Assembly: GCA_037142615.1 (NCBI GenBank)
Contig: JBAXAI010000014.1
Span: 28,545 to 92,544, forward strand
From: Spirochaetales bacterium
Lineage (GTDB): Bacteria; Spirochaetota; Spirochaetia; JABEVK01
Direction of reading: 5' to 3'
DNA: 64,000 nt
Shown here: piece by piece, positions 47,110 through 58,252 of the stretch
How positions within the stretch are numbered: position 1 is the first letter of the stretch
Layout: each line of letters begins with the position of its first letter
The notes under the pieces: model-generated
The model's input: the letters and a program-made list of their open reading frames with translations, nothing else
Told to the model about the DNA's origin: nothing
The model's database searches: none
Program-made: the position numbers and the translations under genes

Positions 47110-49100
47110 AACAGCAGGCTGCCCCGAATCTTCTTGACCTGGCTCAAACGGCTGATCCAGGCTTGGAAGGGCAGGTTGGTATCGACGCGTTCGGCGTGCA
47201 GAATCGTTTCCGGGCCGCTTTTTTCGAGGCGAACCGGCCGCAGCAAGGCACTGGCCGACGTACCGTCTTCGGCGCGATAGCTGACTTCGAGCAGGTCGGT
47301 GGGCGTACCGAGGGCCTGCTCGGCCAGGCGGATCTTGCCGGCAAAATCGAGGCCTTTCGCTTCGGAACGTTCGCCACGGCTCAGCGGGTGCTTCAACTGC
47401 TCTTCTTCGAGCACGATGCGGCGCAGAATGCGAGCCTTCCATTCTTCTTTTTCGTCGACACCGAACGGCAAGGTTTCGAGCTTTTTGAGCAGCTGGCGCA
47501 CCAAGTCGGGCAGGTCGGTGGGCCGGGGTTCAAACGGCGGCGCTTCGGCCAAGGGCGGCAGGGGTCCGGGATCGGCGCTGGCTTCGATATGCCAACCGCT
47601 GAAAGTCCAAGGGCGGCCCCAGTCGGTCTCGGTACCGCCGGTCAGGGCGTCGGGCAGCGAAGGGAGGCCTTTCTGCTCCAGCTCCTTGCTCCATTCGGGC
47701 AACAGGTCTTCGCGCACCAGCCACACGCCGGGGGCAAACTCGTGCAAAATGGCCTTGGCGAAGCCTTCGGTATGCTCAATCAGGTGACGGCGGTCTTCAC
47801 CGACGGTGAGCACGAGGCCCTTCCACAGGCGCAGACTCTGGAACTCTTTTTCCCACTCCTGCAGGCTGATGCGAAGGTTCTGGGTGAGCGGCACGCCGGT
47901 CAGGCCTTCGAGCGTGGTTTCGAGCTCCTTGGCCGTGACCCCGCGCGACAGGGCACGCTTGACGGGTACCTTGCCCAGTTCCCACAAGATGGTGCGGTCC
48001 CATCGGACCAGACGGCTGGCCAACACGGCCGGCCAGGCCTTGGCCAGGTCGAGGTCGCAAGGCAGGCGCAGTTCGAAGTTGGCCTGCACCCACGAGCCGC
48101 CGGCGGGAGCCTCGAACTGCCTGAGCACGGGCGAGGGCATCCAAGTGTCGGCGACCGGACCGGGGAGCAACAGGCCCCAACGGATCCACGAGCGGAACAA
48201 CGCGTCTCGTTCTTTGGCGCCGCCCAAGGCGGGGAGACGCGAGCTGAGGCGGATGAGCGTCGTCAAACCAAAAGCGCGGCCCGGCGGCAGGAGAAGCACC
48301 AACGGCGAGAGCCAGCGGGCGGCTTCAAACAGCGGGCCCTGGGCCGGATAGGCCGCTGCCAACCAGAGCAACGCCAAACGGCCGGGGCGGGGCAGACTGC
48401 GGAAGTCGTCCCAGTAACTCCAGACGGGAACAGTTTTTCCTTCCTGCCAGAGGATGAGGCCCATGTGCTCGGCGGTATGCAGCAGCAGGTCGGCGCGGGG
48501 AATGCCCTCGGCATCGCCCAACGCGGCGAAACGCTCCAGGAACTCCTGGCGGGGCTTCTTTTTCCAAGCTCCCGCGGCGGTCTTTTCGAGCGGGACCTCG
48601 AGCACAAAGCTCAGCAATGCCAGCAACGTGCCTTCGGACAGCCAGGGGGTGGTGAGGGCCGGCTCGGGAGCCGCGACCGACGGGTACAAGCGCCCCGGGT
48701 GCAACCAGGCCATCAACTGTTCGTCTTCGGTGACCAGCGGGCTCAGGCACAGCTCAGGGGTCTTGCCGCTCAGGCGCGGGTAGATCAAAAAGCGTTCTTG
48801 CAGGTTGAGCGAGCGCGCGTTCAGGCGAGGCAGGCTCCACCCCAAAAACGACGCCGTTTGTTCCGGCGAGGGGGTGCCCAGAATCTGTATGGCCGTCAGC
48901 AGGTCGATGTCCTCGTCGGTGAGCAGGTCACGGCGGGCTTGCTTCCACTCGGGTTTGGCCAGTACAGACTGCAGGTCGACAATGATGCGGTGCTTGGTGA
49001 ACGGGGTCTGCAGTTCCCCCAGGTAGTGGCGGGCCAACGAGAAAAAGGCCGCATCGGGTAGGGTCAGGAGGAATTTCTTCCAGTCTTCGCGGGAATCCAT
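47106..49100 (-). CDS. Helicase-associated domain protein (XPB/Ssl2 N-terminal-like domain, WYL-like tail)
   Basis: VQANFEL, VKRAL..G....L...L....G.PLTQNL...LQEW; C-terminal LRPVRLE. Confidence 0.72.
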   Translation of the reverse strand: MDSREDWKKFLLTLPDAAFFSLARHYLGELQTPFTKHRIIVDLQSVLAKPEWKQARRDLLTDEDIDLLTAIQILGTPSPEQTASFLGWSLPRLNARSLNLQERFLIYPRLSGKTPELCLSPLVTEDEQLMAWLHPGRLYPSVAAPEPALTTPWLSEGTLLALLSFVLEVPLEKTAAGAWKKKPRQEFLERFAALGDAEGIPRADLLLHTAEHMGLILWQEGKTVPVWSYWDDFRSLPRPGRLALLWLAAAYPAQGPLFEAARWLSPLVLLLPPGRAFGLTTLIRLSSRLPALGGAKERDALFRSWIRWGLLLPGPVADTWMPSPVLRQFEAPAGGSWVQANFELRLPCDLDLAKAWPAVLASRLVRWDRTILWELGKVPVKRALSRGVTAKELETTLEGLTGVPLTQNLRISLQEWEKEFQSLRLWKGLVLTVGEDRRHLIEHTEGFAKAILHEFAPGVWLVREDLLPEWSKELEQKGLPSLPDALTGGTETDWGRPWTFSGWHIEASADPGPLPPLAEAPPFEPRPTDLPDLVRQLLKKLETLPFGVDEKEEWKARILRRIVLEEEQLKHPLSRGERSEAKGLDFAGKIRLAEQALGTPTDLLEVSYRAEDGTSASALLRPVRLEKSGPETILHAERVDTNLPFQAWISRLSQVKKIRGSLLF

Positions 49101-49149
49101 CCTTGCATCATACCTGAAAACGGCATAAAGATCTTTGGGTCACCGCGCC

Positions 49150-49188
49150 CTATCGCAATTGATAGGTTGAGGCTATCTTGGGGGATAG
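49150..49188. promoter_or_regulatory. Tandem enhancer-like palindromes CTATC-N6-GATAG
   Basis: 49150-49165 and 49173-49188. Confidence 0.65.
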
Positions 49189-49285
49189 TTCTGGGCGCGA
49201 GTTTGAGGCGGGTGCGACCCGTGTTCTTCACGATATCCGATGTAAGTCTTTTCTGGAAAAGGACTTGATGTTTTTCGTGCCAGAT

Positions 49286-49301
49286 TGGCATTGCCCTTGC
49301 A
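49286..49301 (+). promoter_or_regulatory. Sigma54 -24/-12 promoter
   Basis: TGGCAT-TGCCC-TTGCA, 20 bp upstream of the ATG at 49322. Confidence 0.8.
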
Positions 49302-49321
49302 TAGCAGGGAGTGGAGGAATC

Positions 49322-49999
49322 ATGAAATACTTTTTGGTCTTGGCGGTGCTCACCGCTGGTTCGGCCCTGCTCCCTGCCCAGTCGGGCGACTCGCCGCAAA
49401 TCGCTTACCGCATCCTGATGAATTACATCCAGGAGCAGGAACGCCACGCGGGTGACTCCAACGCGGCGGCTGGTGTGCTCTACGGCTTGGGTGCCGTGGT
49501 CGAGGCTGGCGCTCTGGGGCTGTGGTACCTGGGCGACGACTTGTCGAAGGCTTCAGCCGGGACTGCGCTCGACCCTGACGTGAAGCTGTGGACCACGGTT
49601 GGCCTGGGTGCCGGCGGTGCTGTTCTGCTCGGGACGGGCTTTCTGGTGCAGAACGCCAAGCCCACCGACTACCGCTTGCGCTTCAGCGACGTGCTGCAGG
49701 CTACCGACGCCGAAACGCAGAACCGTCTGGCGGCCGCCTCGCTGTGGGCTTTGGCCGACGAGGCCAAGGGCAAGAGGCTCACCTCGGCCTGGACGGGGAT
49801 TTTGACCCCCCTCGTAACAACCGCGGCGATGATCGCCCTCAATCTGGGCAACAACAAACCGTGGACCGACAATCTGGTCGCGGTCAACTCCAGCCAAGTG
49901 TTCGGCATCATCGGCGGGGTGGCCCAGTTGTACAAACCTTCGGACGAAGAGTACCTGTACCTGAAGTACCAGGCCGCCCTCGGCAACACGGTGCCCTGA
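49322..49999 (+). CDS. Hypothetical membrane/secreted protein
   Basis: RBS GGAGG; signal peptide; Gly-rich TM helices. Confidence 0.75.
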   Translation: MKYFLVLAVLTAGSALLPAQSGDSPQIAYRILMNYIQEQERHAGDSNAAAGVLYGLGAVVEAGALGLWYLGDDLSKASAGTALDPDVKLWTTVGLGAGGAVLLGTGFLVQNAKPTDYRLRFSDVLQATDAETQNRLAAASLWALADEAKGKRLTSAWTGILTPLVTTAAMIALNLGNNKPWTDNLVAVNSSQVFGIIGGVAQLYKPSDEEYLYLKYQAALGNTVP

Positions 50000-50000
50000 C

Positions 50001-50504
50001 ATGGAAGAGTGGCTTCGCAGTATGGCGGTGGGCCTGGCGGTGCTGACCGGCCTGGTCATCCCCGCCCAGGGGCTTAGGCTGGAATCGTCGGCGCTCAAAA
50101 CACCCCAGGCGGTCTTGGTCACCGCCGAACTTTCGGGGGGACTGTCTCCGGCGGCCCGCGACTACCTGCTGGCGGGGAATACCTTGACCCTCCGGTGGGT
50201 GGCCACTTGGGGAGACCGAAGCGTGAGTGCCAGCCGGAGCATCACCTACCACGCCTGGGACAGGGTTTTCGCCGTGACCGACAGTCAGGGTACCGTGCTC
50301 GAGACTGCCGACCAGTCCCGCGCGCTGACCGAGTGGCAAACCTGGCCGCCGACCAAACTGGGCACGCGAGAAGCCCTTTCGTCGGCCTTGGCGACAACGC
50401 TGACGGTGGCTGTCAGCCTGCCCAGCGAGCAGGAGTCGCTGTGGGGGTACCAAAAAGTTTCGCTGTCGCTCCGCTACCCCACCTGGGCCGAGATTCCCCA
50501 GTGA
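50001..50504 (+). CDS. DUF4390-like periplasmic protein
   Basis: Signal peptide, ITYHAWDRVFAV motif, directly upstream of HK/RR pair. Confidence 0.5.
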   Translation: MEEWLRSMAVGLAVLTGLVIPAQGLRLESSALKTPQAVLVTAELSGGLSPAARDYLLAGNTLTLRWVATWGDRSVSASRSITYHAWDRVFAVTDSQGTVLETADQSRALTEWQTWPPTKLGTREALSSALATTLTVAVSLPSEQESLWGYQKVSLSLRYPTWAEIPQ

Positions 50505-51683
50505 GGCGTCCGTGGTCGTTCCAAACCCAGTTGCTGGTGGCGCTGCTGGGCTTTCAGGGCCTGCTCTGGCTCGCGGTGCTCCCGGCCAGCTTCTTCAGCT
50601 TGGTGAGCGCCCTCCGGTCGCCCAAAGCCGCGGCGGTCGAGGCGCCCCTGGACCAGGCTTGGGCGGCGGCGCGGAAACTCGAAAGCCTTCACCCAGAATG
50701 GGCCACCGGCGACGCGTGGAAGTCGCTGACCGCCGGGCTCGAGGGCATTCGCCGCGAAGATCAGGCCGCCCGGAGTCTGGCGACCGAGGCGCTCGTGCTC
50801 GGCCTTCGCAACTTGCTTCTGCTGGCGGTGCTTCAGTTGTTTGGCTTGGTGCTGACGGCCGTTCTGGCCTCGCGGGTGCTTTCGAAGCAGGTACGCCAGC
50901 TCAACCAGGCGGTGGTGCGCCTGCAAAACGGTGACCGCACCACGCGGTTGCCTCCGCTGGCGGCCCGCGAATTGAGGGATCTGGGGCACGAGCTCAACCA
51001 ATTGCTCGACGCATTGGCCGCAGGGGAACGACGGCTTTCAGAACTGGGCAAGCTGCAGGGTTGGCAAGAGACCGCACGGTTTCTGTCGCACCAGATCAAG
51101 AATCCTCTCACGGCACTGGGTCTGGCGGCCAGCAACCTCGGTGACTTGGGGGCTCTCAACACGCCGCTGGCCCGTCAGAATGCCGAGGTGCTGAGCGAAG
51201 AAACCGCCAAACTGCTGGTGCTGGTCAACCGCCTCAAGGAACTGACGGCCTTTGGCGAGCTGAACCCCGAACACCTCGACCTGGCGACTCTCGTGCAGGG
51301 AGTCGCTGCCAGAACCTATCCGGTGACACTGGGCCTGGACTGGAAGGCGCCGGCGTCGTGGCCCCTGGTGGCAGACCGGCTTTTGGTGGAACAGGTGGTG
51401 TTCAACCTGCTGGTCAACAGCGCGCAGGCCTCGGAACCCGCTGCGGTGACGGTGAAGGTCTGGGCCGACGGGAGAGCCCTGGTGTGGGAAGACTCGCTGA
51501 CCGGGCTCGACCCGCAACTGCCGAACCGGCTTTTTCACCCGCCTTTCACCACCAAGGAAGGTGGCACCGGCCTCGGCCTTTCGTTTTGCCGGCGGATTCT
51601 GCAGCTTCACGGCGGCGACCTGACGGCAGACCTCAACCCCGCCGGTGGTCTTCGCTTCCGCATGACCTTTGAGGAGGAAGCCC

Positions 51684-51706
<23 letters not shown>
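50501..51706 (+). CDS. HAMP-domain sensor histidine kinase (NtrY-like)
   Basis: WQETARFLSHQIKNPLT, NLLVNS, FTTKEGGTGLGL; GTG start. Confidence 0.9.
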
Positions 51707-53036
<1,330 letters not shown>

Positions 53037-53050
53037 TCAGCCGGGGGGCG

Positions 53051-54739
53051 TCACCACACTTCGATCGAATACTTGTACCCTTGCTCGGTGAGGAACTTCT
53101 GGCGGTGGGCCGAAAACTCCTCTTCGTTGGTGGCGCGGCTGACCAGCGTGTAAAAGTAGGCGTTGCGTTCCTTGGGGCGAAGAATCCGGCCCAGGCGCTG
53201 GGCTTCTTCCTGACGGCTGCCAAAACTGCCCGACACCTGGATGGCCATCGACGCGTCGGGCAGGTTGATCGCAAAATTGGCCACCTTGCTCACGACCAGC
53301 ACACGGATCTTGCCCTCGCGGAACTGCTGGTACATCACCTCGCGCTGGGCGTTGGGGGTGGCTCCGGTGATCAGCGGCGCTTTCAGCGCGTACGCCAACC
53401 TTTCCAGTTGGTCGATATACTGGCCAATCACCAGAATAGCATCTTCGCGGTGGTTTTCGACCAACTGCTTCACCACGTCTTCTTTGAGCGGGTTTTCGCT
53501 CGCGATGCGAAACTTTTCGCGCTTGGCCGCCACCGCGTACGGAATACGCTGGTGTTCGGGGAGGTCGAGGCGGATTTCGGTGCACACGGCGGTGGCGATC
53601 CAGCCTTTGGCTTCGAGTTCCTTCCACGGCACGTCGAAACGTTTGGGCCCGACCAGGCTGAACACATCGCCTTCGGCACCGTCCTCGCGAACCAGCGTGG
53701 CCGTGAGCCCGACGCGGCGCAGCGCCTGCAATTCGGCCGTGACGCGGAACACCGGGGCCGGCAACAGGTGCACTTCGTCGTACACGATGAGACCCCAGTT
53801 TCGCTCGCGGAAAATCTTGAAGTGCGGGTAGTCGGCCTCTTTGCCCGAGTCACCGCGTGACTCCCGCCACACCAGCACCTGGTAAGTGGCCACGGTGACC
53901 GGCCGGATGAGTTTTTTGTCGCCGGTGTACTCGCCGATGTCGTCGGCCGTCAGGCTGGTCTTGTCGATGAGCTCGTCGATCCACTGGTGCACGGCCGCGA
54001 CGTTGGTGGTGAGCACCAGCGTGTTGGTCTTGAGTCTGGCGAGGATTTCGAGGCCCACAATGGTTTTACCCGAACCGCAGGGCATCACGATGGTGCCAAA
54101 ACCGGTGCCGGGCTGGCCGTGACCCAGCAGCCCCGCGACGGCCTCGAGCTGGTACCCGCGCACCAGCATGGTGTCGCCGCCCAGCGTCTGGGTGCGGAGC
54201 GTCACCTCGAGAGGATCACCCTGCTTCAGCGGAGCCAGATCCTGTACGGGGTATCCGAGCGTGAGCATTTCTTTTTTGAGGGTACCCCGGTGCAACAGGG
54301 GCACCAAAAAGTGGTCGCCATCTTCGATCAAAAAGGCAGAGAGCTTTCGCTGGGCCTTGAGTTCGCGGTGCAGCAGCGAGTCGCGCACGCCGAGCACCAA
54401 GAAGTCGGGGTGGTCCGAAGCGTCAAGCGTGAACATGCCCCAGCGGCCGAGTGTGTCGGTGATGAAGAATCGCACATTCTCGGGCACGGGGTAGCGGCTT
54501 CGCAGGTTGAGCACCCCCAGAATGGCGGTGGCATCCAGGCCCGCCGAGGCCGCGTTCCACAACGAAAGCGGCGTCATGCGGTAGGTATGGATGTGCTCGG
54601 GGCTTTTTTCGAGCTCGGTGAACGGAGCGATGTCGCCTCGGCCGGCTTCGAACGCTGGATGGTGCACTTCCAGCAGCAGCGAGTGGTCGCTCTGAACAAT
54701 GAGGGGCTTTTCGTCAGCGGTGTTGGTGATGGCGGTCAT
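53051..54739 (-). CDS. DNA repair helicase XPB
   Basis: LEKSPEHIHTY, MPCGSGKT, DEVH, GLTATL, SRQEEAQRLGRILRPK. Confidence 0.93.
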   Translation of the reverse strand: MTAITNTADEKPLIVQSDHSLLLEVHHPAFEAGRGDIAPFTELEKSPEHIHTYRMTPLSLWNAASAGLDATAILGVLNLRSRYPVPENVRFFITDTLGRWGMFTLDASDHPDFLVLGVRDSLLHRELKAQRKLSAFLIEDGDHFLVPLLHRGTLKKEMLTLGYPVQDLAPLKQGDPLEVTLRTQTLGGDTMLVRGYQLEAVAGLLGHGQPGTGFGTIVMPCGSGKTIVGLEILARLKTNTLVLTTNVAAVHQWIDELIDKTSLTADDIGEYTGDKKLIRPVTVATYQVLVWRESRGDSGKEADYPHFKIFRERNWGLIVYDEVHLLPAPVFRVTAELQALRRVGLTATLVREDGAEGDVFSLVGPKRFDVPWKELEAKGWIATAVCTEIRLDLPEHQRIPYAVAAKREKFRIASENPLKEDVVKQLVENHREDAILVIGQYIDQLERLAYALKAPLITGATPNAQREVMYQQFREGKIRVLVVSKVANFAINLPDASMAIQVSGSFGSRQEEAQRLGRILRPKERNAYFYTLVSRATNEEEFSAHRQKFLTEQGYKYSIEVW

Positions 54740-55959
54740 TCCTTGCGGAACACGGTGGTTCCCGTCCGTTTCATGCCCTCTGGGAGGGTTTCCCGGGCAA
54801 AGGACCCGAGAAGGATCAGCGCGCCGCCGGGCAATAGGTGGTCGCAAACCAACCGGTGGAATCCGGCGGCCTTTTCCTTGGACGCGTGCTCGACCCCCCG
54901 GTTGATCACCGTCAGGTGAGTGGATTGGGGAAACGTCAGCTGGCCAGCGTGCAAGTCGGCCACTTCAAACTGAATGTGCAGACGCGGCTCATTGACTACC
55001 CGCATCAGGTTGGGGTCGTCTTTGCCGCGCGTGAGCCAGGTGTCTTGCAGGGTCTCGGGGATGAACTCGAGCAAATTGTCGCGGTAAATGCCCTTCACGG
55101 CAGCCTCGACGCGGGTCGAAAAGTGGTCTACTCCGCGCACCCGGAACTGAAAGCCCTTGGTCGTCTTGCCGCTTTCGAGCGCCAACATCGACAGGTAATA
55201 GGCCAGTTCGCCGTTCCCCGAGCCGATCACGAGGAGCCGTTTTTTGCCGGCCATTTTGTCGCTCGGTAACTTGGCGACAACTTCTTCAAGGGTTTCACCC
55301 CATTCGGTGGCGTCGATACCTGACGGACGGGTGGCGGCCCGGCGCTCGACCAACACCGGGGCCGGTTCGGCAGCGACAGGACGTTCAGGCAGATCCTCCG
55401 GTTCCCGCATGAGAGAAGGGACCCAGGGACCGACGATGCGGTAGACGACGATGCTGACCGAAGCCAGAAAGAAAGCCCCCGCGGTCGACGCGAAAATCGT
55501 CAAGGGGAACTCGTTGAGAAAGGGAATCTTCCAAGTGAGTGCGCCCGGTATCAGGGTCAGCGTGCCAAAGCCCAGAACATCGCGCACCAAGCCCATGGCG
55601 GTGATCAGGCACAACAACAGCACCACCGGTCGCAAGGGCAGCCGGCGCTCCACCGGAACAACCAGCACCAGCGGACTCAGGGCCAGCAGGTTCAAGTAGA
55701 TTCCCCACGCTGCGCGCAACTCGGGCGCAAAAAGCGTGGCCAGCAGATCGACCACGGTGATCAGCACCACGCTCTGCCCGATCAGCGCCCACAAAAAGCC
55801 TTGGCCGCGAAGTTTGTCACGCAGAAGCTTGGCTAGAAACTGCGTCGCCAGCATCACCACCAGCAGGACGAGCGCGAACAGAAACGCCGGCCCCGCGTGC
55901 GAGGTGACGCCCAAAAGGGGAGGCAGCGCCAAAATGAAGAACCGCGTGAACGAAGCCAT
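54736..55959 (-). CDS. Fusion of RnfE/NqrD-like membrane domain and CheR-like methyltransferase domain
   Basis: PLLGVT, WGIYLNL, MGLVRDVLGFGTL, AGAFF (RnfE-like); IGSGNGELAY, GVD, KGIY, LLPGGAL (CheR-like). Confidence 0.7.
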   Translation of the reverse strand: MASFTRFFILALPPLLGVTSHAGPAFLFALVLLVVMLATQFLAKLLRDKLRGQGFLWALIGQSVVLITVVDLLATLFAPELRAAWGIYLNLLALSPLVLVVPVERRLPLRPVVLLLCLITAMGLVRDVLGFGTLTLIPGALTWKIPFLNEFPLTIFASTAGAFFLASVSIVVYRIVGPWVPSLMREPEDLPERPVAAEPAPVLVERRAATRPSGIDATEWGETLEEVVAKLPSDKMAGKKRLLVIGSGNGELAYYLSMLALESGKTTKGFQFRVRGVDHFSTRVEAAVKGIYRDNLLEFIPETLQDTWLTRGKDDPNLMRVVNEPRLHIQFEVADLHAGQLTFPQSTHLTVINRGVEHASKEKAAGFHRLVCDHLLPGGALILLGSFARETLPEGMKRTGTTVFRKE

Positions 55960-56003
55960 TGGTCGGGTAGTCTACCAGAAGTCGAGCCTTTCGGGAACCC
56001 GAG

Positions 56004-57374
56004 TTACAAGAGCTCGGCCGCCAATTCGGCCAGCTTGCTGCGCTCCGACTTGTCGAGGAACATGTGGCCAAACAGCTCCTGCCCCTTGAAGGCCTCGACC
56101 AGGTAGGTCAGCCCGTTCGAGCTCGCGTCGAGGTAGGGGTTGTCGATTTGGTACGGGTCGCCGGTGAGCACGATTTTGGTGCTGCTGCCCGCGCGGCTGA
56201 CGATGGTCTTCACCTCGTGGGGACTCAGGTTCTGCGCCTCGTCGATGATGATGTACTGGTTGGGCAGACTGCGGCCTCGGATGTAGCTCAGCGCCTCGAT
56301 CTCGATCACCTTCGACTTGATCAGCTGGTCGGTGCTTTTGAGGCTCTGGCTGTGCACCTGCGCGATCAGGTAGTCGAGGTTGTCGAACAGCGGCTGCATC
56401 CAGTTGCTCATCTTGTCGTCCTTGGTACCGGGAAGGTAGCCGATGTCCTTGCCCATCGGGATCACCGGACGGCTGACGAGAATACGGCTGTAGAGCTTGC
56501 TTTCGAGCGTCTGGCTGAGCGCGGCGGCCAGCGCCAGCAGCGTTTTGCCCGTGCCCGCCTTGCCCACCAGCGTCACAAGTTGAATGGACGGGTCGAGCAA
56601 CAGATTGAATGCCAATTGCTGGCGCAGGTTGAGCGGTCGGATGCCCGTGATGGGCTGCACCAGCGCCGGCACACTCCACAGCGCCTTGTCGTGCTTGTTG
56701 AACCGCGTCAGCTGAAACCCCTTGCCTTTGCGCTCGTTCAGCTGCACAAACTGGTTGGCCGCAAGGTCGCGGTCGGTGGGAATCTGTCCGTCGGCTTCGA
56801 GGGCCTTGAACTGGTCGTCGGTGCCCTCCTGCTCGGTGATGCCGGTGTACAGGCTGTCAACGTTGACCTTTTGCTTTTCGTAGTCGACCGCGTTGAGGCC
56901 CAGCGCCTGCGCCTTGACGCGGGCGTTGATGTCTTTGCTGACGAAGAACACGTTCTTGCCGAAGTTCTTCAGGTGTAGCGCGCTGAGGATGATTTTGTTG
57001 TCCATGCGGCCCAGGTCCATGTCGAGCGAAGCGTCGCTGTCGTAAATCATGGCGATGGTGAGGGTTGAGTTGATCTCGGGGATGTAGACGCCCTCGTTCA
57101 GGCGGCCGCGCTTGCCCACACTGTCGATGAGGCGGATGGCCTGGCGCGCGTTGCGGGCGCGTTCCTCGGTGCCACTCTTGAGCTTGTCGAGCTCCTCGAG
57201 CACCCACAGGGGAATCACGATCTCGTTGTCGCGGAACGACATCAGGGCGTCGGGCCGATGGATGAAGACATTTGTATCCAAAACGAAAGTTTTGACGCGC
57301 TTGCCGTCGGCGGGGCGTAAGCCGTGAAGCGGCGTCGCCGAGTTTTTGGGTTTTCCGGGGTGGGTGGTTGGCAT
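56004..57374 (-). CDS. phoH: PhoH family protein with N-terminal PIN domain (PhoH2/YlaK)
   Basis: FVLDTNV, VLEELD, SKDINAR, GKAGTGKT, IRGRS, DEAQN, GDPYQID. Confidence 0.93.
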   Translation of the reverse strand: MPTTHPGKPKNSATPLHGLRPADGKRVKTFVLDTNVFIHRPDALMSFRDNEIVIPLWVLEELDKLKSGTEERARNARQAIRLIDSVGKRGRLNEGVYIPEINSTLTIAMIYDSDASLDMDLGRMDNKIILSALHLKNFGKNVFFVSKDINARVKAQALGLNAVDYEKQKVNVDSLYTGITEQEGTDDQFKALEADGQIPTDRDLAANQFVQLNERKGKGFQLTRFNKHDKALWSVPALVQPITGIRPLNLRQQLAFNLLLDPSIQLVTLVGKAGTGKTLLALAAALSQTLESKLYSRILVSRPVIPMGKDIGYLPGTKDDKMSNWMQPLFDNLDYLIAQVHSQSLKSTDQLIKSKVIEIEALSYIRGRSLPNQYIIIDEAQNLSPHEVKTIVSRAGSSTKIVLTGDPYQIDNPYLDASSNGLTYLVEAFKGQELFGHMFLDKSERSKLAELAAELL

Positions 57375-57387
57375 GGGTGGTCCTTTC

Positions 57388-57690
57388 TCAGCGGCCGAGC
57401 GGGATGACCTTGCGCACCTCGTTGATGTCAACGAGCGCTCCGGTTACGTACTTGTGAACGAGCGAGCCGATGAGGGTCTGATAGGGCATTCCCTCCTGCT
57501 CCGCCAGGCGCTTGATGGCTTCCAGGTCAGCGCCTTCCATGCGGAGAGTGACGGGTTTGCGAACCGAAGCTTCTCGAAGGGACGCCATGAACGTCGATTT
57601 CTCGGAAACCGGGATAGCTTTGCTGAAGTCGATGTTGTCTTCGATTTCCTGCTCCTCTGAGTCGAGGATGGCAGCTTCGTTGGGCTTCAT
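57388..57690 (-). CDS. BrnA/CopG-like antitoxin
   Basis: KPVTLRM...AIKRLAEQEGMPYQTLIGSLVHKYVTG. Confidence 0.88.
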   Translation of the reverse strand: MKPNEAAILDSEEQEIEDNIDFSKAIPVSEKSTFMASLREASVRKPVTLRMEGADLEAIKRLAEQEGMPYQTLIGSLVHKYVTGALVDINEVRKVIPLGR

Positions 57691-57766
57691 TTGGTACCTC
57701 CGTGAAACTTATGCCACGCTCAGCCTTGATCTTTTCATTCTTCGAGTCGTCCCACCCGATTTCCAT
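57691..57766 (-). pseudogene. BrnT-like toxin 5' remnant
   Basis: MEIGWDDSKNEKIKAERGISFTEV then runs directly into the antitoxin RBS. Confidence 0.8.
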
Positions 57767-57847
57767 AAGATAACCTAGTCCTAGTTGTTTGCAAAGTCAA
57801 TACATTGTCAATTAGCTGTGAGTGGTTAGTCAATCAATGATACAGAC

Positions 57848-57926
57848 ACGTTTGTATCCAAACGAAAGTTTTGACGCGCTTGCCGTCGGCGCCGAGTTTG
57901 GGTTTTCCAGGGGTTGTGGTTGGCAT
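57848..57926 (-). repeat. Degenerate copy 2 of phoH 5' end
   Basis: Matches 57268-57374 with internal deletions (79 vs 107 bp). Confidence 0.9.
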
Positions 57927-57982
57927 GGGCCTAAGCCACGAAGTGGCGTGGCCGGGCTCCCGTTCAAGAGTATACGTGAGAT

Positions 57983-58252
57983 TCAGCTTTCATAGACATT
58001 CTTGCGATGACCGATCGCAACGGCCAGGATAACCAGTTGGGAGTCCCGAACGTCGCAGATGACCCGGAAGTCTGCCACCCGGAAGCGCCAGAGCCCCTTC
58101 TTGTCTCCCACGAGGGCTTTCCCTTTGGACCGCGGATCGGGAAGCGGAGCGATCTCGTCCTCGAGATAGTCCAAGATCGCCGCTTGCCACTGCCGGTCTA
58201 GCTTTCGCAATCGTTTTTCAGCCGTGGCCGACAGCTCAACGTTCCAGGCCAA
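57983..58252 (-). CDS. RelE/ParE family toxin
   Basis: AEKRLRKLD, DPRSKGKAL, LWRFRVADFRVI, IGHRKNVY. Confidence 0.92.
   Translation of the reverse strand: MAWNVELSATAEKRLRKLDRQWQAAILDYLEDEIAPLPDPRSKGKALVGDKKGLWRFRVADFRVICDVRDSQLVILAVAIGHRKNVYES

Larger units (their letters stand above)
57270..57849 (-). mobile_element. Putative integrated cassette 1 (580 bp): BrnT remnant / BrnA-like antitoxin + functional phoH 5' end
   Basis: Bounded by att-like junctions at 57268-57269 and 57848-57849. Confidence 0.65.

Noticed and set aside
53042-53053. Third copy of the CGGGGGGCGTCA arm at the XPB stop
   Set aside because: Only one 12-bp arm with no partner; could be chance in GC-rich DNA.
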